From Prorocentrum cordatum (lineage: Eukaryota), in NCBI GenBank assembly GCA_963575745.1, contig CAUYUJ010000088.1, forward strand, positions 1 to 64,000: 64,000 bases of DNA, read 5' to 3'. Shown one piece after another: positions 13,310-25,341 of this stretch (the first letter of the stretch is position 1; each line of letters starts with the position of its first letter). Below the pieces are notes generated by a model. That model had not been told where the DNA came from, ran no database searches, and saw only the letters and a list, made by a program, of their open reading frames with translations. The position numbers and the translations under genes were made by a program.

Positions 13310-13683
13310 ACGCCGCGATAAGACTGCTGAAAAGACAAATCATCCATCCTCATCCTCGCCCACCTCCCTGATGCGCAGACAGCTCCTCCATCCGCGCCCA
13401 CCCCCATGAGTCGGATACCTCATCCATATTCGGACAACTCCGCCATCGCTCATCCTCGCCCCCCTCATCCATCCTCGCTCGCCGCTCGAGGGGGGGGGGG
13501 GGCGCTGCGGAGAAGCAGTGTCCAAGGGCCATTGGCGCCCTCGATTCCACGCTCGGACGCGCTTGCCACACTGGCCCTGCACCCCATCGGTCCTTGGGCG
13601 TCACAGAGCTGGTGCGCGATGTAGCCGCTGACCCCGCTAGCGAGGTAAGATGCTTCAGGCCTGATATGTCCCTCCCGCTTTTT

Positions 13684-13687
<4 letters not shown>

Positions 13688-13766
<79 letters not shown>

Positions 13767-13857
13767 CCAAAAAAAACCCACACAAAAAAAACACCACAAA
13801 AAAAAAAAAAAAAAAAACAAAAAAAAAAAACCACACCCACACAAAAAAAACACCACA

Positions 13858-13893
<36 letters not shown>

Positions 13894-13899
13894 ACACTG

Positions 13900-13958
<59 letters not shown>

Positions 13959-13963
13959 TCTCT
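13688..13963. repeat. (TC)n microsatellite, 5' flank of the retrotransposon (with an internal A-rich stretch)
   Basis: Direct observation. Confidence 0.95.
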
Positions 13964-14088
13964 AGTCTCGGCTCGAGAGTGCCCAGCACTCAGACCGCAG
14001 CCGCGACGCGAAGCGCCCCGCCTCGGAGTCAGACTCCCAGGCCTCGCGAGACCGGAGGGGTCCCAGCAGGACCCTACTGATTCGCGTC
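13964..14088 (+). ncRNA. Candidate HDV-like self-cleaving ribozyme (nested double pseudoknot) at the element 5' end
   Basis: Hand-folded: P1 13964-69/14048-53, P2 14005-12/14081-88, P3 14013-15/14045-47, GG 14054-55, P4 14057-63/14069-75, J4/2 A-CUGA 14076-80. L3 is atypically long. Confidence 0.55.
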
Positions 14089-14115
14089 ACCTCTCCTCAC
14101 CAGAGCGCCCGCGCA

Positions 14116-16716
14116 ATGGCCCCCAAGAAGCCGGAGCGCCGTCGCTCTTCTAAGCAGCCTCCGAGTTCCCGTCCCGCGCGCCCTGCTGCCGAAGGGTCTC
14201 TCCTTCAACGCAAGCAGGACTGCGTCGCAGCGTTCAAGCAAGCGGGGTCTGACCGCCCCACGGCCGCATACAACGGGCTTGCCGAACTGAACGCAGACGA
14301 GCTCCAGGCAACGTACGACATGCACAAGTCCAACACGAAGAAGCTTGGCAGCGCCCTGATCCGCATGTGCGCCGCCAACCAGATCAGCTACACGCTTGAT
14401 CACCACCAGCGCAGCAAGCCTAAGCGCAGTGGCGGTGACACATCACACCCACCAGCTGGGTCCGCACGTCTTCAGGCTGCGGACGCCCAATTCATCGCCT
14501 TGGACCCGACCTTTTGGAAGGTCCCTGTCCTCGCCGAACCCACATCTCCTGACGACGGCAAGACGTACAAGCCCAGTATCAGCCTCCACGACTACGAGAG
14601 CGGTGAACGGCTGCTGCAACACCACCTCGAGCAGGGTAAGCGTACCACGGGTCAGCTTGCGATTGCTGTCATGGGCCCAAAAAACGATCACTACGTCGGT
14701 ACCGAGCTCGCCGTCCCCGTGCTGAAGCGTCACCCCAAGGCGCCCAAAGTGGTCCACACGCACGTCCCCGTGACCGTGTACCAGCTGGGCACCAAGGAAG
14801 TCGCCTGCACGGAAAAAGTATCCGTCGCCACCATCGATCCTGCCGACCACGTATGCTGGATTCGGGTGACCATACATGAAACCGAAGCCATTCCAACGAA
14901 CTGCATGAACATCAGGCCTTCGGAGGACCAGTTCTCGGGACGTGCCCCCGGAGGTGCCCCCGTGAACCGTGGTCCACGCGCCAAGGTCCTTTTCCGAGGG
15001 GAACTCCGCTCCCAGGCCAAGGCGGACAAGGCGCGCAAAACCAAAAAGCACACGGAGTCCCAGAAAGACGCCGCCGCCAGTAAGCCTCGATATTCTCTCC
15101 ATACACCTTTCAAGGCCCTCTTCCACGGCAACTTTAAAGCCGTCACCATCCTCGAACCCTGCAAAAGCCTAGGCAGGTATGGATCGGGCGTCGGAAAGAG
15201 GTCACTGGCTGCCACCTTCGGCGTCAGTCTTCAAGCGGTTGACAAGGTCTTGGCGGGTTCAGGGCAACTCGGCGCCACCTACGACCTCAGCAACGTAGGT
15301 GCAGACGAGCCCACTGCAGATAAGTACCAGACCGTGTGGTTCCCTGAGGACCAGCCCATCACGATGGCAGATGCGTTCCAGAAGTCGGTGGATTTCAAGG
15401 CCCTGGGAGTCGTCAGGCACGGCAAGTCAGGCTTATTGGGGATCCGTGTTTCACGGGGGTCAGACGCCGCCAAGGCCGCTGCCGTCAGCATCCGCGGCTG
15501 CGAGGCCACCCTCGCCAAGACGCGCTACCGCATCACTGGCATTGCGGCACGCCACGCCACGCTGACCCAGCTCGCCAAGACTCTCACGGGCCCGTCCGTT
15601 AAATGGGACTGTGAGGTCTACCACACCGCCTGGGACCCAGCCACTTCGGCTCAGTTTGCCTTAGTGCGCGCCCATCGTCCCCCACTCACATATACGGTAC
15701 GGGTCGCAGGGTGCCACATCCCGTGGAGCATCACCGAGGCCCCGCTGGCTGAGGTGGTGCCGAAGAGGGACAACGTTACCATCGTCACGCCTACCACCAT
15801 CACAGAGCCTGTGACGCCGCCAGCCCGTGGTGGCGGCTTCAGCCCCGCCACTGGCACACTCCTCACCAAAGCGGCCCAGAGCCCTAACCTCCACGACCTC
15901 ATGACTGCCACGCCCAAAGGCAAGGGCGTCGCACCGCTCCTGATCCCCAAGGAGGAGCCTTTAGCCAATCGCCACCGATCCTCCAGCGGGAAACGCGACG
16001 CCACGCCGCACGCAAGATCACACGGCGCCCCAGGCCGCAGCTCCTCTGCACCCCCGCACGGCACGGACGGAGCCGCTGAACAGACGGCCGTCCCAGGATC
16101 AGGTGGTCATGACTCTCGGCTTGGCACGGTGGCGGCTGAAGGTGGGGGCCACACCGAAGGGGACGCTGCCACAGCCGCCGAAGTACCAGGCGACGCTGAC
16201 GACGTCGAGATCCTCTCATCAGGCGATGAATACAGCGTGGCTTCCCACGAACTCAACACCTTCGGCGAACGCTTCGCATCGGCCTCTAAACTGCCAGATG
16301 CCGCCACGACCCGCATCCAACACATGGAACAACAGCACGAGCTGCTTGCCAACACGGTGGATAACATGCAGGTTCAGCTTGCGGGCGTTCTCTCCTCCCA
16401 GGCCATACTTACGGAGCACGTCTCAGGTTTGGAACGGGGGCTTGCCACCGTCGTCACCCAGCAACAGACGGCAACCGCCGAAGCCGCTGCACTGCGTGGC
16501 GACATCCAGGCCCTCCTCGGGCACCTCACGGGGGGCACCATCCACCTGCCACAAGTGGCCACTCTGGAAACTAAGAAGGAGGAAGCTGCAGCGGCCGCTG
16601 AACCCGTGGCTGTCTGCGGGTGGATCGACCAGCCAGGCCAGGTCACCCCAGGGACGGGGCCCCCAGGGGCTGACAAAGGCAAAGACAAGGGTCGGGCCAC
16701 CCAGGAACCCTATTGA
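14116..16716 (+). CDS. Retrotransposon ORF1 (866 aa; putative RNA-binding protein with C-terminal coiled coil)
   Basis: Intact ATG-to-TGA ORF ~150 nt inside the element 5' end; basic N-terminus; alpha/beta RRM-like segment RYRITGI...KWDCEV...FALVRA; heptad-like segment RIQHMEQQHELLANTVDNMQVQL...LRGDIQALL. Confidence 0.8.
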   Translation: MAPKKPERRRSSKQPPSSRPARPAAEGSLLQRKQDCVAAFKQAGSDRPTAAYNGLAELNADELQATYDMHKSNTKKLGSALIRMCAANQISYTLDHHQRSKPKRSGGDTSHPPAGSARLQAADAQFIALDPTFWKVPVLAEPTSPDDGKTYKPSISLHDYESGERLLQHHLEQGKRTTGQLAIAVMGPKNDHYVGTELAVPVLKRHPKAPKVVHTHVPVTVYQLGTKEVACTEKVSVATIDPADHVCWIRVTIHETEAIPTNCMNIRPSEDQFSGRAPGGAPVNRGPRAKVLFRGELRSQAKADKARKTKKHTESQKDAAASKPRYSLHTPFKALFHGNFKAVTILEPCKSLGRYGSGVGKRSLAATFGVSLQAVDKVLAGSGQLGATYDLSNVGADEPTADKYQTVWFPEDQPITMADAFQKSVDFKALGVVRHGKSGLLGIRVSRGSDAAKAAAVSIRGCEATLAKTRYRITGIAARHATLTQLAKTLTGPSVKWDCEVYHTAWDPATSAQFALVRAHRPPLTYTVRVAGCHIPWSITEAPLAEVVPKRDNVTIVTPTTITEPVTPPARGGGFSPATGTLLTKAAQSPNLHDLMTATPKGKGVAPLLIPKEEPLANRHRSSSGKRDATPHARSHGAPGRSSSAPPHGTDGAAEQTAVPGSGGHDSRLGTVAAEGGGHTEGDAATAAEVPGDADDVEILSSGDEYSVASHELNTFGERFASASKLPDAATTRIQHMEQQHELLANTVDNMQVQLAGVLSSQAILTEHVSGLERGLATVVTQQQTATAEAAALRGDIQALLGHLTGGTIHLPQVATLETKKEEAAAAAEPVAVCGWIDQPGQVTPGTGPPGADKGKDKGRATQEPY

Positions 16717-16875
16717 AGGTGCCTCAGAGAGCCTGCCTCAGCCCTCCGAGGAAGCGCCTTCAGAGGCATCTCTTCCCTCTCCGCGTCGTATCTCTTTCTT
16801 GTCACCTCATGTCTGTTTTGGCAGCAGTACGCGCAAGCTATCTGGTGTAGGGACACCCGTCATCTTGCAGGGGGC

Positions 16876-19800
16876 GTGATTGTTGCAATGTACGTGAGCA
16901 TGCAGGGGTATTTGAGGATGCGTGCTGACATGCAGCTTTTGGCTTATCGCTCGCGCCGCCCGCCAGGCCTCGCCATCATGTGGCGCCTTGCCTGCAGCCT
17001 GGCCCTCCCCTCGATCGCTGGAGCACACCCGTCTTCAGGCGGTGCGCCCCAGCATGGAGGAGAGTTTTTCCTGCGACACGCTGAACGTGGGACTTTCTTC
17101 TACCTTAACGATGACAGCATCAACAAGCACGATCACTGCACCATTTTGGACCCGATCATGAACAGCACCGCCGCCGCGGGTCCGTGCGGCAACGGAGCGC
17201 TGGGCGCCATCGCAAGCGCATCCACGCCCTCGTCAACTACGACACATGCTTCGCAGTCCACCCCCAGCGTGGCTTCGACCGTTGTGCAGCATATCCTTGA
17301 CGGGGACGTTGACAAAGGCCAGGCACGCAGTGGCGGCTTCAGCCCCGCTGGCGTGCCCCGCTATAGCCCCACGGGTTTCATTACCCCTCTGTGCGCTAGG
17401 GGCGAACCCGAGGAGGACCCCGCTTTCTGGCACCTGATGATGATCCGAGCCCGGCTCATACCGTGCGCTGCGGCGTGGGCACCAGGTGAGGACCACCAGG
17501 ACGTGTTCTGGGCATGGCTCGAGGACTGCGTCCCGTACATCCTGGCGACGCTCCATCTGCCACAGTACGACCACCTTTTCCAGGAGGACTCCGAGGAGAC
17601 AACCGACGCCCTGCGCCAGCGCACCGCGATCGACATGTGCGAGGACATCTGGTATAGAGCGGGCCCCGACAGACAGCGCACAAACCGCAACCTCACTCGT
17701 ATCCAGGGTAGCCGCGAGTATTCCACCCGCTACTTTGGCCTCCTTCTGGAATACCAGGGTGCACGTGCCCAGCTTGTCGGCCCTGAGGCTTTCGCGGCAC
17801 CTTTGCCGCCATACCTCTCACGGGCCCACGCCTTACTACCAAGAGGCCTTCCTCCACCCGACCAAGACGCCCTGGCGTACCTCGCGGATGCGATCCTGCA
17901 CCACCCGACAGACATGCAGCCGCTTGTCGAGGCGGAGCTCGCCGCGGCACCGATTGAACCGCTTAACCCACCACCGCCAGCTGGCCTCGCCCAGCACGCC
18001 ACGGGCGATCAGGCCGCAGACGACCCCGTATCACGGCTGCTCCAGCACATCGCGGCCAGCGACATCAGCGACACACCCCTGGACTCGTTCCACGCGTCGG
18101 ACGATATCAGCAACATATCCCTGGGCTCGGTCCATGTGGACGATAGCCAGGACGACATGGAAACCCAGGATCGCGACGGCACGACACCACCAGGCGACAC
18201 GGCCCAGCGTGACCGTGACAGTGTACCCCACCTAGGGCACACCTCGTCGCACAGCAGTCCGCCTAACAACTCGGCCCAGGCCGACCCCTGCGCACAGCTC
18301 AACGACGCTGAAGGCGCCACTGCCGCCGACGCGACAAGCCATGCCACTGCATCGCCAGCTCATGCCAGCCCGCGCAGTGGCGGCTTCAGCCCCGCTGCAG
18401 CACTGGCTGGACCTGGACATCCCCAGACCGCCATCGACGACGACCCCATCGACGACGAGTACCCAGATGCCAGCGGTTCCCACGAGGCCCAGCACAGCGC
18501 AGCGGCATCACGACACTGTGGCTGCCTCATTTGCCTCTTGGTGGCCACGTACGCCATCGTGATAGCAATGCCGTACAAGGACCAGATCGATGGGTACTTG
18601 CCGACACCGAGCCGAGACCCCAGCTACCGACAACGACGACGACGTGAAGCGGCGGCACCAGGCCCATCTGTGCCCACTACACCCCGACGCACAACGGCAT
18701 ACAACGTCAAGTCCGCATTGTGGGCTACTCTCAAGTGTACCAGCGCCAAACTCAGAGATTTCGTCTCGGGCGGAGCCAGCGCAGTCGGGGTCGGCCTCGG
18801 GGGTTGTCCTGAAATGGGCCAGCGGCAAACTCGGAGCTATTGCCACCTGGCGGAGTGGCGTGCGGTCTTCTACTCGTCGGCGCCAAACTCCTCGCTCAAG
18901 GAGCCGTCGGACACGTAGGAGCCCGCATCTGTGCGCGTGCCCTGGACTCATCCACGGCCCAGTGGTGCCTCCGCTGTTGCCAACCGAGCAGGAGGCCGCG
19001 TGATGAGGCCACATACAAAATGCCGCGCACGCTTGCCGACGAACACGAGGACCAGCACGTGCACTCACTCCGACATCCGCTGCTACAGGAACACTACGCC
19101 GCAGCAGTTGCCGCCGCAGTCGCCGATGTCACCACCGCCACCACCGCCGCCATCGTCGAAGTCACTGCCGCCGTATCGCGAGCCTCGTCTGTCACACCAC
19201 GATCGACCAGCCCGTCCCCGCGAGACGGCTCCAAGAGCGGAGCGGCCTACGGTAACCTACCGACAAACGAAGATGCCACAGCCCACGGCAGTGACACCGA
19301 GGCAAGGGAAACACGTGAGCACACCCATGTTAGCCCGTGGTCCATCTTTCGACATGTTGATGCTCGTGGTTCCTCTACCGACACGGACACCCAACCACCA
19401 CGACGGCGAGCACGCTATGCATCACCCGCCAGGCCCCAGGCGCCTTCAGGCCCTGGTATGCCCTACGCAGCCCTCAAGCCACCGACGCGCAACTTACGCA
19501 ACACTATCCAGCGCGACCCAGCGGTCCCCGTGCCGCCGACGAGCATCCTCAACGCCCTGTACCAAAACGGCTTTGCGCTGGGTAACAGTGGCGTGTCTAC
19601 AGAGGACATCAAAGACGCTCTGCGACTCCACGACCATCCTCGATTCACCCATGATCCAACACTCCAAGCGCTGGTGCCGTGGACTGACATCATGCAGAGG
19701 CCCCCGAACCGCCTCACTTGGGTGCTGGAAGACTCGGGCGGGAACTCAGGCGAGACGATCTTCCCCTACCTCACGTGGGACCTCCGCCAACCCACCACCG

Positions 19801-22800
19801 ACGCGCCCACTGTCTTCTGGCATGGGACCCGCGGCGACCTTGCGGCCCGTCTTGCTGCCAGCGGAGGGCACCTCTTGCCAGGCCCCCGCCGTGAAGCGAA
19901 GGGCCGAACTGGCACCAACGTTGGCCGCACGTACGCGAGCGTGCACCCTTCGCTGGCCGCGTGGTACGCAATGCCGCCCCACCCGCCCTACAGTCTTGAA
20001 GACGACACCCTCGCGTGGGACCCATCGCACTCTGGATGTGCGAGGCCACCCAACCACCGCGCGGGGAAAACAGGCACAACTACGTGAAAGGGGAGGCCCA
20101 CGGAGCGCGCCTCATCTACCCTCGGGTCCTGAGCCTCCTCATCCGCATGGACTGGTGCGCCCCCACAGAAGCTGCCTCCAGGTGCCGTGCCCTACCACAT
20201 GCCTATGGCATGGGCGACTGTGCGCACGCCCTCCACATCGCTGGCTACGATCATCCAGATCTCCGTGAGGCGGCTGAAGCTCACGACCAAGAAGCTAGCA
20301 CCAGGCGCAGGCTGGACATCGCGGCAGCGTGGCCACCGCCGCAGGCACTATACTCGCCAGAGGCAGCGCGAGTATGGGCCAAACAGCACTACGACACTGA
20401 AGCAGCCACCAGGGACGACCCTAACCAGCCCCGCCCACGCGTCTCGCTTCGCAAGCTCCAGCTGGACCCGAAACCACTCATCGACCTGGTGTACACCGGC
20501 TTGCAAGCCGTCCCCGTGCGGGGGCATCCTGACGCACGCGAGTCGCGCCCCAGCGGCTCCAGCCCTGGGGCCGCGTCTGGCCCACCGCGCACTCACAAGT
20601 CAGGCACAGCCCTGGCGCACAGTCCATACCGCTCATCGACGACATCAGGAGCCGACGAACGCCGTACGCCTTCCCTCATCAGCGCGGCCGCCGCCCTCGC
20701 CCGAGGCCACGCCCGCCCACGGCGATCCGCCTCCCGTTCGTCACGGCAGAGTGGCGGACACTCCACCTCGGACAACAGCGACATCGAGACGTGGGAGCAC
20801 ATCGAGACGGAAGAGGAGCCGACTGCCTACCACGTCCTCGCCTACCACGTCCGCGATGTGCGGGCCCGTGTCAATGCCCCTGGCATCGAGGTCTGGCTTG
20901 ACCCTGGCGATCACCACGACGGCGCCTACTTACCGTGGGGGACGACCGTCATGTGCCATCGCGTTATCGACCCTGCGGTGGCGGGGCGCGACGGCTGGGT
21001 CATCCTCCACCACGACCACGGCGACACCACTACCAAGCTCTGGGTACCGACCCAAGTCCACGTCAAAGCGGACGACACTTGGCGCACGGTCATGGTACCA
21101 GCGGACATGGGGCCCCAGTGGATCGAGCGCCATGCCGAGGACGCTCGCCTCCCCGCCGAGGTTGTCCGCACTACAGGCCAATCCTGGTTTGCCGACGTCT
21201 GGCCCTTGTGGGATCGCCCCCGACCTCACCCAGACGACCCAGGCACAAACGAGCATGCGCTCCCGCCTCTACCAGGACGCTGGTCTTGCCTACAGTGTCG
21301 TTTCCAATGCTGTCAGTACTGCGCGGCTCGCCGCAACACGCAGCTCGGCACCTCGGGCCAACCAACGTGCCCAGACTGTGCCCGCAGCGGACTGCGTGCA
21401 CTTATGGACTGGTCCACGGACTACTCTTGCAACAGCTGGACGTGTGCATACAGCACCGACAACAGGGACTCCGACACATGCTGCCTGTCCAGCAGGTGCC
21501 CCCATCCGCCCAGTCCACACAGCCTGCTCGACGTCCGTGCCACAGGGATGCCGCCGCACATCCTTGCCCGCCAATACGGCAACGCGCCAGCCCACCACGA
21601 CATCAAGGAACCCCCCCGAGCGCCTTCAGGCCCCGGGGGGGAACCTCCACAACCAGGCCAAGCAGGTTACCAGGGTCAATGGTACTTCCCACCGAGGCCG
21701 CGGCGCGTCCCCAGGCAGGGACTGCCTGACGGCACGAGGCGGCCACCTGGGTTCACAGGAACGGGGATGCCCGAAGAACCGTCCCCCGACCAACCTCTCT
21801 GGAGGGAAGGCGACGTGCTCTTCGGCCCCCACCAGGCCCTCAAGGAGGAATTCACCTTCAACAAGACGGTCCGCCGACCCTACTCCCTAGCCATCACCAA
21901 CATGTACAGGGACCGTGTCACGGTCAGGACCGTCTGCGAGTCTATCGCCGAGCGCATCCACACTACCCGCACCCGCTGGCGCGATGTGGTACTGTACTGG
22001 GACGCCGAGGGTGGCCCTGGGCCTCAAGCTCTCGACTATGACATGCGACTCTGCGACGCCATGGTGAGCCGTGCCACGACCGAAGCCGAGCTGAACCACG
22101 ACCGCAGCAACCGTGGTAGTTTCTGTCTTTATGGACCAGCGCACCAGCGAGCTGTAAACATCACGGCGCTCTCCGAGCCGCAGAACATCGACTACACGGA
22201 GCATGCGCGGCGATTCTCACCCGTAGGGGAGACCTACCCAGACCATGCCTTCGAGCACGTCTATCGGGGCTGGCAGCGGCCCGACGTGCCCACCATCCTA
22301 CCCGACACCCGCCCCCTCTCGAGAGCTGACCAGCAGCGATATCAACAGCACCAGCAGCGCATTCAGCAGCGCGACCAACGCGACGCAGGTCAGCCGAGCA
22401 CGCCACGCTACCGCTCCCCCGCGCGCGTCCCGACAGGCGGCAGCACGGTGTACGGCGGGGCTGCCGCCTATCACCGTGGCCCCATTGGCGCCAGGCCCGC
22501 GGCGGCTGGAGCAGCCGCCTCCAGCTACGGCCATGCCCCTCACGCCAGGGCGCACCCAGCTGTCATCGGCTACCCGCGTGCACTCGTGCAGGCCCCCCCA
22601 CGGGCCACTTCGCCCGTGCCAGGGTCCACGCGTGCCTGGGGCCACTACCCAGGCCGCCATGACAGCACCCACAGCAACCAGCCCGCAGTGGTAACCCCTG
22701 CGGCTTCAGCCCAGGGGGCTGCAACAAACCGTGGCAGGACAGGGCGCCCTGAAGGATGGCGTGATGCGAACGTGCGTGCTTGGCAACCGCGCCAGCACAC

Positions 22801-23680
22801 GCCCCCGCCAAACGCGGCCGCAGCGCTGCGCCCTGCCCAGGCAAAACCTGCCCCACCTGAGCGGGAGAGGCAGCCGCTCGTCCCGCTCGTCCTCACGTAC
22901 ACTCAGGCGCATCACAGCGCCTCCCCGCGGCACAGCGAGGGAAGCGCCCATCACGTCAGCCCCCGCCCCGACGCTGTCGACCCTGACCAGGCCACAGCCA
23001 CGGCGGAGGGCGGCACAAGCGCCTCCCGCCAGCCCAGACATCACCCTGCGCGGCGCCGATCCGATCCCCGAGCAGGGCGGATTCCGAGCGCGCTAATGCC
23101 CAGGCGACCTCGCCACGCGACCGCCACACGGGCGGGCGCGTCCCGCGCCGCAGGTCCTGCAGCCGCCACAGCCCACGCAAGGCCCCAGGGAGCTCCACGA
23201 GCTCGCCGCCTCGCGAGACTCAGGCTGATGGCCGAGCCCCCGAAGTGGTGCCACGCTTCGGTGCCAGCGTCATCGAACCTGGCCAGGTCGACCTCGAGCC
23301 GACGCCGTCCACGGACCACGAGCTGCCGCTGCCCACCCGCGTGGTCGTCCCCATCGACGAGGCGCCGACCTTCGACCCGTTCAAGAACAAGTACCGCGTC
23401 AAGGACCTTGCGGCGGGTTTCGGCGGCGGCTCACCGCTCTCACCCCAGAGTCGGGGCGGAGCCCCCGCCACCTCAGCCGCTGCCGCGGCAGCGGCGGCCC
23501 CGCGGGGAATCAGCCCTGTCCGCAACGTGGGCCTCACGGCAGCGGGCATGGACGAGGCCCAGCGCCAGGCCTACGACCGTGCTGCTGGAGCTGTTCCACC
23601 AGATGCTGCTCATCAAGATACTGACGGGGCGGGCGCGCCACCGCAGGACGGACCAGCGGTGTCGCGTGCGCAGTATATGT
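16876..23680 (+). pseudogene. Accessory ORF2 of the retrotransposon, broken by frameshifts (pieces 16876..18918, 18840..20087, 20015..~23200, 23245..~23680)
   Basis: Overlapping long + strand ORFs tile the region; they contain hydrophobic segments, an HGT...YAS...WYA ADP-ribosyltransferase-like motif and a Cys cluster. Joining them into one protein is inference. Confidence 0.55.
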
Positions 23681-23955
23681 GCGTGCGTTGTGCCGCTGCC
23701 GCGCCGAGCCGCCGCCGCTGGTTCGCTTTTGCTTTTGTGTGCGGCAGGACGGATCGAGGAGTCGCCTCCCTCTCCCTCTGCTGCCGTCTCACCTCTCCTC
23801 CCCTCGTCCCCTATGGTACTGAAGTGAGGAGGAGTTTTCGAGACAGTTTTACTGACGTTTATGACCCCCCCCTGGCGCAGTGCCGACCATGTCTCGCCTA
23901 TACTTCTGGCCTGACGGCGGCTTCAGCCCCGGCCAAGCTAATCCATAGGAACGCC

Positions 23956-24974
23956 ATGAGCTCCTACTGTGGCCAAGCCTTCTACCTGGGCGAGGGCCAG
24001 GCTGCCCTCCACCGTGCGGGGCGTGCCAACCCCAGCTCCACCGACGGAGACGGGCCAGGTCGCTCCATCCACCTCGTCAGCCTCAACATCACGAGTCTCC
24101 CAGCAAATTGGCCAACTATCACCGCTCTAGGTGTCGACCACAACGCCGCAGTCATAGCACTGCAGGAGACCCGACATGCCAAGCCTACCAGACAAGCCAT
24201 CGCTACCAACGCCGCCAATCCACACCACGGGGGATACCACGCCAGTCTGGGACCTGACCTGGATCTGGCGCGAGCCCAGCGCAGAGCTGCCCACGGCGGC
24301 ACTGACCACACCGTCGTGGGCAACACTGGCGCCTCGGGAGGGGTCGCCATCCTCTCCAAGGATGCCATCGTCGACTCCACTGTCGACGACACTGCGCCCT
24401 GTATCGTCACCCTCAAGGCCAAGAAAAGATGGCACGAGGCCTTCCTCCCGCTCTGCACTCAGCACCGCCGCAGGCGGCGACGAAACAACCACGGGCCCGC
24501 TGGGATCTACATAGCGAGCCTCTACGGGGTTGCTGGAGGAGACAGCACAGATCTTTTTCGGCTCGCTGACTGCGCCGCCGCAAGGGTCGGCTCAGCCCCG
24601 TATTTCATCTGCTGGACGCCAACACGAATATCGACGACAATCCACACCTGCTGCACATGATGCAGCACGGATGGTTTAACGTCGCTGAGGGCACACCAGA
24701 CCACACCATGCACACATACGGCAATATCCCTGACTGGGACCGCGTCACCAAGTGCCCCCGCACTTCGCGCATCGATTACATCATCGCCAACCAAGCGGCG
24801 CGATCCCTTGTCACCGACTTCTGCTATCTGCGAGACTTGCCAGCGAAGTCCCATGTTGGCCTGCAGGTCACGCTCGACCTCAGTCGCCTCGACCATACGG
24901 CCCGACGCCTTCTTGCCCCCACGCCCTACCCCCTAACGATGGAGCTCATGAGGGCCACGAACTGCAGGCATTAG
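23956..24974 (+). pseudogene. Apurinic-like endonuclease (APE/EEP) domain of the retrotransposon, frameshifted
   Basis: LVSLNITSL, VIALQETRH, SGGVAIL, IASLYG, FIC/(G)DAN split by a frameshift at ~24612, SRIDYIIAN, SHVGLQVTL. Confidence 0.88.
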
Positions 24975-25341
24975 GGACCCTCATCGCAGGGCGATACCAG
25001 GACCGCATGGAGCAGGCCGACACACGCGACGATGTGGAACGCATGTTCGCCCTGGCAAACGAGGCCAGCCATGAATGCCATCTCGCCCGTCTGCGCGACC
25101 TGCCACCTCCACCGCCAGACCACCCAAAAAAGAAGCCCCCCACCATGCACGGGCTCACGCCCACGTTCGAGGAGCGACCCGTTGTCCCCCGCGCCTTTCC
25201 CACCTACGGAGCTTCCACGATACACATGAACCGCCTGCGCAAGCTCCATCGGCAACTTTGTGAGCTTCGCTTCATCGGACAGCACCATCATTTAGACTGC
25301 CGTGCCATCCCGCCGTACCTGGCGCAGCGCATCGACTGCAC

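Noticed and set aside
13765..13905. A-rich tract as a poly(A) tail of an inserted element
   Set aside because: An irregular A/C pattern inside a (TC)n tract looks like low-quality base calling; no associated element body.
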